57,944 nt of DNA from an uncultured Methanosarcinales archaeon (GTDB lineage Archaea; Nanobdellota; Nanobdellia; Woesearchaeales; GW2011-AR9): positions 12,206-70,149 of the forward strand of contig CAZIUU010000001.1 in NCBI GenBank assembly GCA_964542815.1, in the 5' to 3' direction. The notes under the pieces are model-generated. The model made no database searches, was not told the origin of the DNA, and saw only the letters and a list, made by a program, of their open reading frames with translations. A program made the translations under genes and the position numbers. This document shows, one piece after another, positions 1-8,600 of this stretch (positions within the stretch are counted from its first letter, which is position 1; every line of letters starts with the position of its first letter).

Positions 1-21
1 GTCGGACAAAGAAAGATAAAT

Positions 22-1002
22 GTGGAGATTGATACCAATAAGAATCAAATTACATTTAAAGGAGTGACGGCGGTGGAAGCGGCTAAGATGGAATTCAATC
101 CGGAAAAAGATTATTTAGTGGAGCTTCCTGCCAGCAGCCTTCCCGCTGAGAAAAACGTGGTTGAAATCATTGGTGTAGGGAAATTCTACAATTGCGATAC
201 CCCTGCCACTAAAAAGTTTGAAAAATATTTCTTATTGTGCGAAGAAGGAAAAGAAGGAACGATTATTGTAAAATTAAATGAACCGATACTCTTGCCGGAG
301 AAAGATCCTAAAGTGGTGTTATGGTATAAAGGGAAGAGCGGAAATAAGAAAACTATCACGTTCCAGCATTTGATAAGCCCCAGCTCGTCAGGAGAATCTT
401 CTTTTGAATGGGATGCTTTAACTGAGCTGCTTAAACAGGAGAAAAATCCAATATTCGCAGTAGATGGAGAGCTGCTGGAATTAGCCGGCGATGATGCTTT
501 AGAAACATTTAATTTGCGTTCAGTTCCAGATGGGGAGAATTATCTAATCCAGATGCATTCTTTTGAGGAGGGATATAGCAATGGAACTATTGCAGTTGAT
601 GATAAGCTGTTGTTCTTACAGCAGAACTTAAAAGATTTCCTGATTGATTTAAAGATAACTGTTCTTCCTTATAAATTATTAACCGACAAAGAAGTAAATT
701 TAACTTCAGATGTAGGATTTATGTTTGTTCCTTCAGTGGGATCATCTTCATTTAATATAATCGCAACTGCAGATGAAACTATCAATCCGGCCAGCAATAA
801 GAAATTAAATTGGTATGATTTTGAAGTTCACGGCAGTGCGCAGAAAGAGCTGGATGGAGGGACATTATTGTTTAAAGGAATCATTCCGGCAGGCAAAAGC
901 AGAAATATCCTCCTTTCTAATGGCGAGCAGATAACGGTTACAGTGCTCAGCGAAGAAGATGAAGAAGGAAATAAAATATTTACTCCTGTGGTGAAAAAAT
1001 AA
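22..1002 (+). CDS. hypothetical beta-rich protein; first gene of the surface-protein cluster (possibly 5'-truncated by the window edge)
   Basis: ORF track. The frame is open from base 1 to the GTG at 22, so the true start may lie upstream. There is a 2-nt gap to the next ORF. No motif recognised. Confidence 0.45.
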   Translation: MEIDTNKNQITFKGVTAVEAAKMEFNPEKDYLVELPASSLPAEKNVVEIIGVGKFYNCDTPATKKFEKYFLLCEEGKEGTIIVKLNEPILLPEKDPKVVLWYKGKSGNKKTITFQHLISPSSSGESSFEWDALTELLKQEKNPIFAVDGELLELAGDDALETFNLRSVPDGENYLIQMHSFEEGYSNGTIAVDDKLLFLQQNLKDFLIDLKITVLPYKLLTDKEVNLTSDVGFMFVPSVGSSSFNIIATADETINPASNKKLNWYDFEVHGSAQKELDGGTLLFKGIIPAGKSRNILLSNGEQITVTVLSEEDEEGNKIFTPVVKK

Positions 1003-1004
1003 AC

Positions 1005-2342
1005 ATGAAAACGACGCCTTCATCGGTTAAACCGAAATCTTCACCAAGTAAAGCTAATTATACTCCCATAATCGTAGGGGTTATATTATTGGTTGTGTTG
1101 GTAGGCATAAGCGTTTATTTTGGTTTCTCCTCTTATGGCAAAGCTATCGCTCCTTCACCATCTATTAATTTGGATGTTATGGGAACAGACAGTTTTCCGG
1201 TAGAAACTGCACCTACATTTAAAATAGAGTTTACTCCCACAGGTGAGCAAAAAATTCGGATGTTTACAGTGGATCAGATAATGTTATCTTCAGGATTGCT
1301 GCATTATTCTATAAAATCGGGCAACACGGAAAAAGCAGCAGGGCTGCTGGGGACAGCCATGGCTGAATCCGGCAATATTTACTTAAATGAAGATGCAGCT
1401 GCTGATTTGAGCTTAGAGTTAGCCGGGGGAATGTTATATGTTACTAATCTCAATTTCATTGAGCCGGATTATTCCAATATTGCTGTATGGGAACAAAAAG
1501 CTGGAGGAAATTTGGGGCCGGTTTATGAAGATGTATTTTTGGCGGATAAAAATAAATCAAAAGTGTTATACTTTGCAGCTACTAGTTCAAATGCACCAGA
1601 AGTTAGTGCAGAATGGGGTGATGAGACTGCTCTCTCCGAAGAAGAATTCACCTTATTCAATAATTTAACTAACGATACCACTACAGTAATGAAGTTTAAC
1701 TGGACTCCGCAGGAAGAGAAGCCTTATTCTTTGACAGTCACTGCTATCGTAGGAGATAAAGAAACAACCCAAGAATACTGGTTTGGAGTCAATGGGGTTT
1801 TGGTTAAGCTGAATAATAGCGCCTATCCTTCTTTTATCATGAAAAAAGCGGGAAATAATCAGTATGACCTAATGTATGACTTCAAATCAACCACACAATT
1901 ACAGCCTTTTTCATTGCCCTGCGGGCAGATAAATCTGAAAAATAATAATCTGGCCAAGAACATCAGAAGGGTTTACACTTTTAATAAAGTATCTCAACAG
2001 TGGATGGAGAATGTGCCTTCTGAGTTCAGTTTAATGTCTCAAAAGAGAGGCTACCTGGTGGAATTGAAAAATAATTCCCAACTGTCATTTAAAGTTAGTT
2101 GTGATATGACCGGAACTGATATCGAAGAATGGCTATCTTTGCCTAGTTTAAATTCCGGATGGAATATGTTGGGCATTGGGGGATATAAAACCCTTAGCAT
2201 AGATGCGCTGAAAGAGAAACTTGCCATTCAAGGGTTCACTTTATCGGAAATATATGAAGTTAGCACTATTAATCCAGGTATCACCGGTGTTACGGAATTA
2301 TCTCCTGGGAAAGTGTACTGGTTAAACTTGAAGGAGCCATAA
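1005..2342 (+). CDS. membrane-anchored extracellular protein of unknown function
   Basis: N-terminal hydrophobic signal-anchor (YTPIIVGVILLVVLVGISVYFGF) followed by Ser/Thr/Asn-rich sequence. Tightly packed with its neighbours. Confidence 0.55.
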   Translation: MKTTPSSVKPKSSPSKANYTPIIVGVILLVVLVGISVYFGFSSYGKAIAPSPSINLDVMGTDSFPVETAPTFKIEFTPTGEQKIRMFTVDQIMLSSGLLHYSIKSGNTEKAAGLLGTAMAESGNIYLNEDAAADLSLELAGGMLYVTNLNFIEPDYSNIAVWEQKAGGNLGPVYEDVFLADKNKSKVLYFAATSSNAPEVSAEWGDETALSEEEFTLFNNLTNDTTTVMKFNWTPQEEKPYSLTVTAIVGDKETTQEYWFGVNGVLVKLNNSAYPSFIMKKAGNNQYDLMYDFKSTTQLQPFSLPCGQINLKNNNLAKNIRRVYTFNKVSQQWMENVPSEFSLMSQKRGYLVELKNNSQLSFKVSCDMTGTDIEEWLSLPSLNSGWNMLGIGGYKTLSIDALKEKLAIQGFTLSEIYEVSTINPGITGVTELSPGKVYWLNLKEP

Positions 2343-2347
2343 GCAAG

Positions 2348-3373
2348 ATGAGATTTTTAAGGTTAGTTCTGGTGGTTATGGGAATATTAGCTCTTATTGT
2401 ATCTGCTGCGCCACCTTCTTTTGACAATCATCAATTTTATGGAACAGTAACTTGGGATATTGCTGCTGCTGCGCCTGCTAAAGTGTCAGCAGTTTCTGGG
2501 TTGAGCTCTGCTGAATCAGCTATTGAAAATTCAAGTTGTAATACTGAATCATGTATCGGAACTTACGGAACAGATACAGATAATATCTTAAGAATTTCCG
2601 GGGGGAAAGATGGTGATGTGATTATTTTTTCAATCGAAAAGGTTAATGTTATAAATTCCACTTACCAATCCGGAAGCGTTACTGAACTTAATTTTAATCT
2701 TGTTACGGCTAAGCCCGCTCCCAAAGTTGAGGAGACCCCTAAAATTAATGATACTGAAAATGTAACCGTAACTGCGGTTAATGCAACCAATGTTTCGGTT
2801 CAAAATGATACTGCTTCTCTGATTCTTGGAGATTGCACCCAGCAATGGAGTTGCTCTCCGTGGAGTACGTGTTCAAATAATGTGCAGACGAGAAGTTGTA
2901 CTAGGGCGGATGATTGTGATGTTCAGCTGGAACAAGGGTCAGTTGCTTCGATAATTGAAGTTCCTAAGCTTCCTGAATCACAGGGATGTATTTCTCCTGT
3001 AGCGAGTAAGCCTGCTCCTGTGCCGCCTAAGCCTGCTCCTAAAGCAACTCAGCCGGCGGAGAATTGTTCGGACAAGATTAAGAATCAAGATGAAACCGAC
3101 GTAGATTGCGGCGGAAAGTGCAAGGCTTGCGCTAAAGCTGACTCTGCAGTGAGGTGGTATTATGTTGGCGGAGGAGTTGTGGTAGCGATTATTATAGTGT
3201 TGTTGTTGTTCTTACGCCGCGGGCCGAAGCTTGATGAGAATACTTTAGGAAGACTACGTTCAGCTTATTCTGGTGGAGAGAATCGCGGGATGAGTGATGA
3301 GCAAATAACCGAGAAGCTTATTGAAAGCGGCTGGGATGAGAAGAGCTTGAAAGCGTTTCTGAGACGGAAATGA
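2348..3373 (+). CDS. type-I membrane surface protein with a TSP1-like Cys/Trp repeat, a CxxxxxxQDExDxDCGGxC motif, a Pro-rich linker, a C-terminal TM helix and a short cytosolic GW tail
   Basis: Signal peptide MRFLRLVLVVMGILALIVSA. Repeat WSCSPWSTCSNNVQTRSCTRADDC. Motif CSDKIKNQDETDVDCGGKCKAC. TM helix WYYVGGGVVVAIIIVLLLFL. Tail DEQITEKLIESGWDEKSLKAFL. Confidence 0.6.
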   Translation: MRFLRLVLVVMGILALIVSAAPPSFDNHQFYGTVTWDIAAAAPAKVSAVSGLSSAESAIENSSCNTESCIGTYGTDTDNILRISGGKDGDVIIFSIEKVNVINSTYQSGSVTELNFNLVTAKPAPKVEETPKINDTENVTVTAVNATNVSVQNDTASLILGDCTQQWSCSPWSTCSNNVQTRSCTRADDCDVQLEQGSVASIIEVPKLPESQGCISPVASKPAPVPPKPAPKATQPAENCSDKIKNQDETDVDCGGKCKACAKADSAVRWYYVGGGVVVAIIIVLLLFLRRGPKLDENTLGRLRSAYSGGENRGMSDEQITEKLIESGWDEKSLKAFLRRK

Positions 3374-3453
3374 TTTTTTGGGCTTAGTGGTTCATCTTGT
3401 GATTAGAGTTCATCGTAACATTTTTCGTTCTGTGGGTAGAACGAATAGCAATA

Positions 3454-3468
3454 GTTAAATATATAAAC
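3454..3468 (+). promoter_or_regulatory. TATA-like box GTTAAATATATAAAC about 25-35 nt upstream of the HEPN start
   Basis: AT-rich archaeal TATA-like motif at the expected distance from the ATG at 3491. The identical 15-mer recurs at 4146-4160. Confidence 0.4.
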
Positions 3469-3490
3469 AAATATGCTTTTTTAGTGATGT

Positions 3491-3874
3491 ATGAGAGATG
3501 AGATTGAGCGATGGCTTCTGCAGAGTGAGGAAGAGTTAAGCACGGCTGAAGCTAGCTTAAATTCGGGGAAGTGGTTTGCAGTGGCATTCTGGTGCCAGCA
3601 GGCGGTGGAGAAAGCATTAAAAGCATTGTTTTTGTTTAAGAAGAAAGAATCTTCGGGAACGACACATTCATTGACTTATCTCGGTCGCGAATTGGGTATT
3701 CCTACTGAGTTTTGGGATGGATTAAGAGATCTCACTAAAGAGTATTACTTATCGCGTTATCCTGATGCTAGTGAGGACGTTCCTTTTAAGATGTATAATT
3801 CTGAGGATGCCTCTAGATATCTTAAATTTAGTCGATTATTAATAAAATGGGTAAAGTTACAACTAAAAAAATAA
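3491..3874 (+). CDS. HEPN domain protein (toxin half of a HEPN-MNT pair)
   Basis: All-helical, 127 aa. Contains QQAVEKALKALF...THSL and YLSRYPD, typical of the HEPN family. Overlaps the downstream MNT gene by 28 nt. Confidence 0.75.
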   Translation: MRDEIERWLLQSEEELSTAEASLNSGKWFAVAFWCQQAVEKALKALFLFKKKESSGTTHSLTYLGRELGIPTEFWDGLRDLTKEYYLSRYPDASEDVPFKMYNSEDASRYLKFSRLLIKWVKLQLKK

Positions 3875-4158
3875 TTAGTGAACTGAAAAGTTTCAAGAAG
3901 AAATGGAAAGTTTCTCAGATGATATTATTTGGTTCTCGGGCACGGGGAGAGGAAAGGTTGGATAGTGATGTTGACGTGATACTGGTCTCAGGAAAGTTTT
4001 CGGGAATTCCTTTTCGCCAGCGTCCCGATAAATTTTTGGACGCGTGGAAGTTGCCGGTAGATTTTGAAGTATTGTGCTACACGCCTGAGGAGATTGAGCG
4101 GAAGAAAGCTGAATTGGGGCTGGTTAGGCAGGCGTTTAAGGAAGGGTTAAATATATAA
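3847..4158 (+). CDS. minimal nucleotidyltransferase (MNT, Pol-beta superfamily)
   Basis: LFGSRARGEERLDSDVDVILV matches the GSxxRGx(n)SDxDh nucleotidyltransferase signature. 103 aa. Confidence 0.8.
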   Translation: MGKVTTKKIISELKSFKKKWKVSQMILFGSRARGEERLDSDVDVILVSGKFSGIPFRQRPDKFLDAWKLPVDFEVLCYTPEEIERKKAELGLVRQAFKEGLNI

Positions 4159-4160
4159 AC
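4146..4160 (+). promoter_or_regulatory. second copy of the GTTAAATATATAAAC TATA-like 15-mer, upstream of the 989-aa surface protein gene
   Basis: Exact direct repeat of 3454-3468. Lies about 40-55 nt upstream of the 4198/4204 start and is followed by an AAAGGTG Shine-Dalgarno-like site. Confidence 0.4.
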
Positions 4161-4197
4161 TCTGATTATTTACTAAGCTTATTCAACTAATAAAAAG

Positions 4198-7167
4198 GTG
4201 ATAATGATGGTTAAAACTAAATCTAAAGGTCTTTCTAATAGAAATAAAGTTCTGCTGGGTGCAGGGTTCGGGGTTATTGTTATCCTGATTGTGCTGGCAG
4301 TGTTTCTGGTTCCGATGGCAGAGAAGAAGGCAGTGGCGGGGAAGGCGGTTCTATCTCCTGCCCAATTTGAAGATTATTGTCAGCAGAAAACACCAGCAGG
4401 AGCTTTTCATGGAGTTGAAACTGCTTATTTAGATGCTAACGGAAAGGTTACTGGAAAAGATGCAGTTAATGGCTGTTGTTTCACAAAAAAGGACAGTTGT
4501 TATTCACCTTCTAAAGAGATTTGTTTCGACACCGGTAAAGTTCATGATGATTATGCTGGTTACTTCTGTAAAAAAAATGATTGGTATGTTTGTGAAGAAT
4601 CTGGAAAAGGCAAGGTACAACAAGGAGTAATTTATAAAGATGGTACTTATTATAAAGATGATGGTACCAAAGTAATTGCCCTAAAAGATGGAGAGATGGG
4701 ATATCTATGCAATGGCAAAATGTGGGTTGGCTGCGGGGAAGAAAATAAAGGCAAATATTATCTGTTTGGGAATTCAATCTCTTTCTGTGACGGTACGGAT
4801 TGGAATACCAAAACTCTAACTCCAAAACAAGGGTCAACTAAGTTAGTTACTTCTTCGATGCGTGAGGCCACTATCATTCCCGTTGTGAATATACCCTTAT
4901 GGCCAATTACCGAACCATGGTATAAAGCAGATTATCGTGTTGGCTGGTGTAAACCTGCTGAATCATGTATTACCAAAGGAGGGGATTGTTATAATTATGA
5001 TGACATCGTGAATAAAAATTCTCTGTGTCAAGTTGGCGACTGGAGAAAATGTAATAATAATGCAAAAGGATTAACTTCTTTCAGCGGAAAGAATATTTGT
5101 GATGGTGCACAATGGTTAACTTGTACTTCTGCATTAGATACTACTGATGCTGAAGTTAGTGGTTATCAGTGCAAAGATGGATATTGGGTGGATAAACAAA
5201 AATGTTCTAACATCCCTGCGGGCAAGAAATGTGTAGTTAGTGACGTGGTAAGAAAAACAGACAATAATAAAATGGAGTATGAGATTGTTAAGTCGGCTTC
5301 TAACCCTTCCGGTCCCGCTCCGAGTGATAGCTATGTTGGTGGAATTAGTGTCCAAGATCCAAGTTCTTGTGTCTACTATGAGAAAGGCGTAGCAAAAACT
5401 AAGAAATACGATACATTTGAGATTGATGCTGGTCTTTTCGCTGATAAAAATTATTTATGCGGTGATAATAATGATTGGTTATTATGTGATAAAGACTCTG
5501 CTAACATCGTCAGCGATGGCGGGAAATATATTTGTGGTAAAAACGGGAATATTTGGAAGTGGTTAACAATTAGTAGCATGAGTAGCAGTAATACTAAAGG
5601 ATGTAGCGATTGTACCGGTAATAATAAATGTGTGGTTAGTGATATGAAGAGCATTATTGATGGTAAATGGACAGTAGGAGTCGGAAGTGATTTGAGTAAT
5701 TTTGCATACAGTTCTGGTCGTGTTGGATGTGTTTCTGAAGCTGATTCCTGTGTGAATGTAGCTGGTACTGAACAGCACAAAGATAAGGTGGTTAGTGACA
5801 CAAAATTATGCGGCATTAACAATGATTGGTTCCAATGTACTTCCACTGGTGTAGGACAGCTTAGAAATTATAACAGCTTCCTCTGCGCCAAAGATGTAAA
5901 ATGGAAGAAATGTTCTACCCCGGGAGATGTTGTTGATCAATTCCTGTGCAATAATGATAACCAGTGGGAGAAATGCGATTATATTGGTGAGGTTTGTACA
6001 TTTGGTTATTGCGAAACTGTTACGGCTAATGGCGTGAAGTACGAGTGTAAGGGTAGCATGTGGACTCCGAAAACAGAAGCTGTGCCTCAAACCACCACCG
6101 AAACCGACTGCACCAACCAAATAGATGATGACCAGGACGGAGTTTATGATTGTGCAGATGCAGATTGCAAAGGAATAGATATCTCTGGTAAACAATGTGT
6201 GACTAGTACAATTGCAGTGTTGAAAGATTCTAAAGGGGGGTATGATATGGATTTGACTTCGCTAACTCCCGCAAATATGCAGAAGAGAAGTGGGTTGTGT
6301 GATACTAATATAGATTGCATAAGCACAGATAAAACCTGCACTAAAAATGGAGATATATTTGCTAGTATTAATCTATGTAAAAGTAATATTTTTTATAAAT
6401 GTGTAACTACTGGAAAAGATGCAGTTATGAATGGATGGAAGTGCGACGGCAGTAAGTGGATTTTAGATTGGGCTCCTCCTTTATCTGATGATATCGAAAT
6501 TTGCACCAATAAAATAGATGATGACAGTGACGGCGCTATTGATGCCAAAGACAAAGATTGCTTGGGAACGAGTTGCACTCCTATAACAAATAGTGGCAGT
6601 GCAGTAAATCCGCTTTTCATTTGGAGTTATAACCTGCCTTCTGAGCAAGCCCTGAAAGATGCTGGAACTTTACCCGCCAGAGCAGGCTGCTGTGGAAAAG
6701 ATCAGTGCGTTACCTCTGCGGGCTTATGTAAAAATGTGAAAGATTTAGTAAGTGCAGACGCTTACCTTTGCATTGAAAGTAATACTTGGGCCAGATGCGG
6801 CGGAACTGGATATCTGAATGGTAAACACGAGTTGGGTGGAGATTACACCTGCGACGGCACCAAATGGGTAGCGAAAACTGCTCCGCCAGCAACAGAAACC
6901 AACTGCGCTGATGGAATAACCAATGATGCTGATGCTTTGATTGATTGTGCAGATTCAGATTGTGCCAACGATGTTGCTTGTAAAACACCAACCGTTACGC
7001 TGGGAGATGTGAATGGGAATGGTTGTCTGACCGAGGCAGAGTTTAATGACTTCAGTTATGATTGGATTAATAATGTTGGTAGCATCCAAATAACAGTTAC
7101 TGATGCTACTTTCAATGATTATCAATATAATTATATAAATAATATTGAAGCGATTCAATGTAAATAG
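4198..7167 (+). CDS. giant Cys-rich surface protein: N-terminal signal-anchor, about 15 [YFL]xCx(2-5)W..C modules, three Asp-rich CxxxIDDDxDGxxDCxDxDC motifs, and a dockerin/EF-hand-like C-terminus
   Basis: Example modules: YFCKKNDWYVC, LCNGKMWVGC, LCQVGDWRKC, ICDGAQWLTC, LCGDNNDWLLC, LCGINNDWFQC, FLCNNDNQWEKC, YLCIESNTWARC. Asp-rich motifs: CTNQIDDDQDGVYDCADADC, CTNKIDDDSDGAIDAKDKDC, CADGITNDADALIDCADSDC. C-terminus: GDVNGNGCLTEAEF. The start may be the ATG at 4204. Confidence 0.65.
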   Translation: MIMMVKTKSKGLSNRNKVLLGAGFGVIVILIVLAVFLVPMAEKKAVAGKAVLSPAQFEDYCQQKTPAGAFHGVETAYLDANGKVTGKDAVNGCCFTKKDSCYSPSKEICFDTGKVHDDYAGYFCKKNDWYVCEESGKGKVQQGVIYKDGTYYKDDGTKVIALKDGEMGYLCNGKMWVGCGEENKGKYYLFGNSISFCDGTDWNTKTLTPKQGSTKLVTSSMREATIIPVVNIPLWPITEPWYKADYRVGWCKPAESCITKGGDCYNYDDIVNKNSLCQVGDWRKCNNNAKGLTSFSGKNICDGAQWLTCTSALDTTDAEVSGYQCKDGYWVDKQKCSNIPAGKKCVVSDVVRKTDNNKMEYEIVKSASNPSGPAPSDSYVGGISVQDPSSCVYYEKGVAKTKKYDTFEIDAGLFADKNYLCGDNNDWLLCDKDSANIVSDGGKYICGKNGNIWKWLTISSMSSSNTKGCSDCTGNNKCVVSDMKSIIDGKWTVGVGSDLSNFAYSSGRVGCVSEADSCVNVAGTEQHKDKVVSDTKLCGINNDWFQCTSTGVGQLRNYNSFLCAKDVKWKKCSTPGDVVDQFLCNNDNQWEKCDYIGEVCTFGYCETVTANGVKYECKGSMWTPKTEAVPQTTTETDCTNQIDDDQDGVYDCADADCKGIDISGKQCVTSTIAVLKDSKGGYDMDLTSLTPANMQKRSGLCDTNIDCISTDKTCTKNGDIFASINLCKSNIFYKCVTTGKDAVMNGWKCDGSKWILDWAPPLSDDIEICTNKIDDDSDGAIDAKDKDCLGTSCTPITNSGSAVNPLFIWSYNLPSEQALKDAGTLPARAGCCGKDQCVTSAGLCKNVKDLVSADAYLCIESNTWARCGGTGYLNGKHELGGDYTCDGTKWVAKTAPPATETNCADGITNDADALIDCADSDCANDVACKTPTVTLGDVNGNGCLTEAEFNDFSYDWINNVGSIQITVTDATFNDYQYNYINNIEAIQCK

Positions 7168-7179
7168 GGGGAAATAAAA

Positions 7180-8577
7180 ATGAAAAAAATAATTATTTGT
7201 ACTTTAGTCTTTTTGTTATTGGTTTCTACCTTTGCTTTGGCTTTTGAGGCTACGCGAACTATTAATGGAAATACAATTTCAATACAAGTAAATCCACAAT
7301 GGACTGCGGTGACAACTCCCTCTTATGTAATTAAAGAAACAGTAGTTGGTGCTACTATCACTGTTATTCCAGATAATGCTGATTGCGGATTGTCTGGTCA
7401 AGTCCTGACTTGCAATTATAAAAAGAAGGATTCTGTTACTTTAGTTTACACTACTACTGGCTCTGGTTCGGTAAGTGGAACTATTACTGGAAAAAATAAT
7501 CCTGCTACTCCCAGTAGTACGATTCCTATAGCTGGTGATACTGCTATCCCTAAAGCTCCGTCATGCACCCCTAAAACCGCTACCTGTGCAGCAACAGGAA
7601 TAGCTTGTCCTGGGAATACAGTGATTAATAAAATAGATTGCCCAAGTGGACAGACGTGTAAAGACGACGAAACACAAGTCGGTGACCAAAGTGCGTGTGT
7701 TGCTGCCTGCACTCCTAAAACCTGTGCATCCCAAAAGTTCAATTGTGGCACAATAAATGATGGATGTGGTAACACTCTTACTTGTGGAACTTGTACTGCA
7801 GCAGGATACATTTGTACCAACAATTTATGTACTGAATCTTCACCAGCTAAATTAAGTGTAGTAAAAGCTGTTGACACACCTGTTTCCAAAGAAATAACTG
7901 CTGGTTCAAATGCAGACTTACTCAAAGTAAGTGTTACCAGTACGAGCGGAACTTCTACCATTAATGAGATAACTTTAGTTTATGATGGTGCAGTTAATAA
8001 TATTGCTAATGCAGTAGTTTATGACGGGACGAATATTTTAGGAAGTGTACCTGCTTGGAAGGTTAATCCTCAAATGACAATTAAATTAAATGTTCCATTA
8101 TCTTTAGCCGTTGGACAAACCAAAACTTTGTTAGTGAAAGCAGACATTCCTGTTGATGCTAATGATCAAGATTTTGTATCTTTAGGACTAAAAATTGGAA
8201 CTGGTGGAGTAATCTACGGCAATGAAATGACAATTATCAATGTGGAAGAGGCTCCATTACCACCTGCTAAAGAAACCATTTGTGATGATGGTAAAGATAA
8301 TGATTTAGATGGCAATTTTGATTGTACGGATCATGATTGTGATGGTCTATTATGTGGAGATCATGCATTTTGCCAAAGTAACTTACAATGTGGATGTGGT
8401 GAAGGGTATAGTTTGAAACCCGGTGAGACAAGTTGTACTCTAACTTCTGCTACCACCAAAACCATCGGTCAAGTTATCGATGAACAATTAACCGAATCAG
8501 AAAGAACTGCTACAACTCCAACTTTGGGTTTACTGTCTCATATTGCACAAATTCTCAAAGGATGGTTCGGAGGATAA
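7180..8577 (+). CDS. secreted Cys-rich surface protein
   Basis: Signal peptide MKKIIICTLVFLLLVSTFALA. Cys-knot-like TPKTCASQKFNCGTINDGCGNTLTCGTCTAAGYICTNNLC. Asp-rich motif CDDGKDNDLDGNFDCTDHDC. Confidence 0.6.
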   Translation: MKKIIICTLVFLLLVSTFALAFEATRTINGNTISIQVNPQWTAVTTPSYVIKETVVGATITVIPDNADCGLSGQVLTCNYKKKDSVTLVYTTTGSGSVSGTITGKNNPATPSSTIPIAGDTAIPKAPSCTPKTATCAATGIACPGNTVINKIDCPSGQTCKDDETQVGDQSACVAACTPKTCASQKFNCGTINDGCGNTLTCGTCTAAGYICTNNLCTESSPAKLSVVKAVDTPVSKEITAGSNADLLKVSVTSTSGTSTINEITLVYDGAVNNIANAVVYDGTNILGSVPAWKVNPQMTIKLNVPLSLAVGQTKTLLVKADIPVDANDQDFVSLGLKIGTGGVIYGNEMTIINVEEAPLPPAKETICDDGKDNDLDGNFDCTDHDCDGLLCGDHAFCQSNLQCGCGEGYSLKPGETSCTLTSATTKTIGQVIDEQLTESERTATTPTLGLLSHIAQILKGWFGG

Positions 8578-8600
8578 TTATTTAACTGAGAAAAACGAAC

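Noticed and set aside
4433-7158. About ten short ORFs from the track lying inside or antisense to the 989-aa surface-protein gene (for example 4511..4837-, 5451..5846-, 5806..6195-, 6710..6991-).
   Set aside because: All are nested within one long ORF that has a coherent repeat architecture. Their translations are low-complexity with no motifs. Similar antisense ORFs inside ftsZ, dph5, elp3, leuS, the kinase and other long genes were rejected for the same reason.
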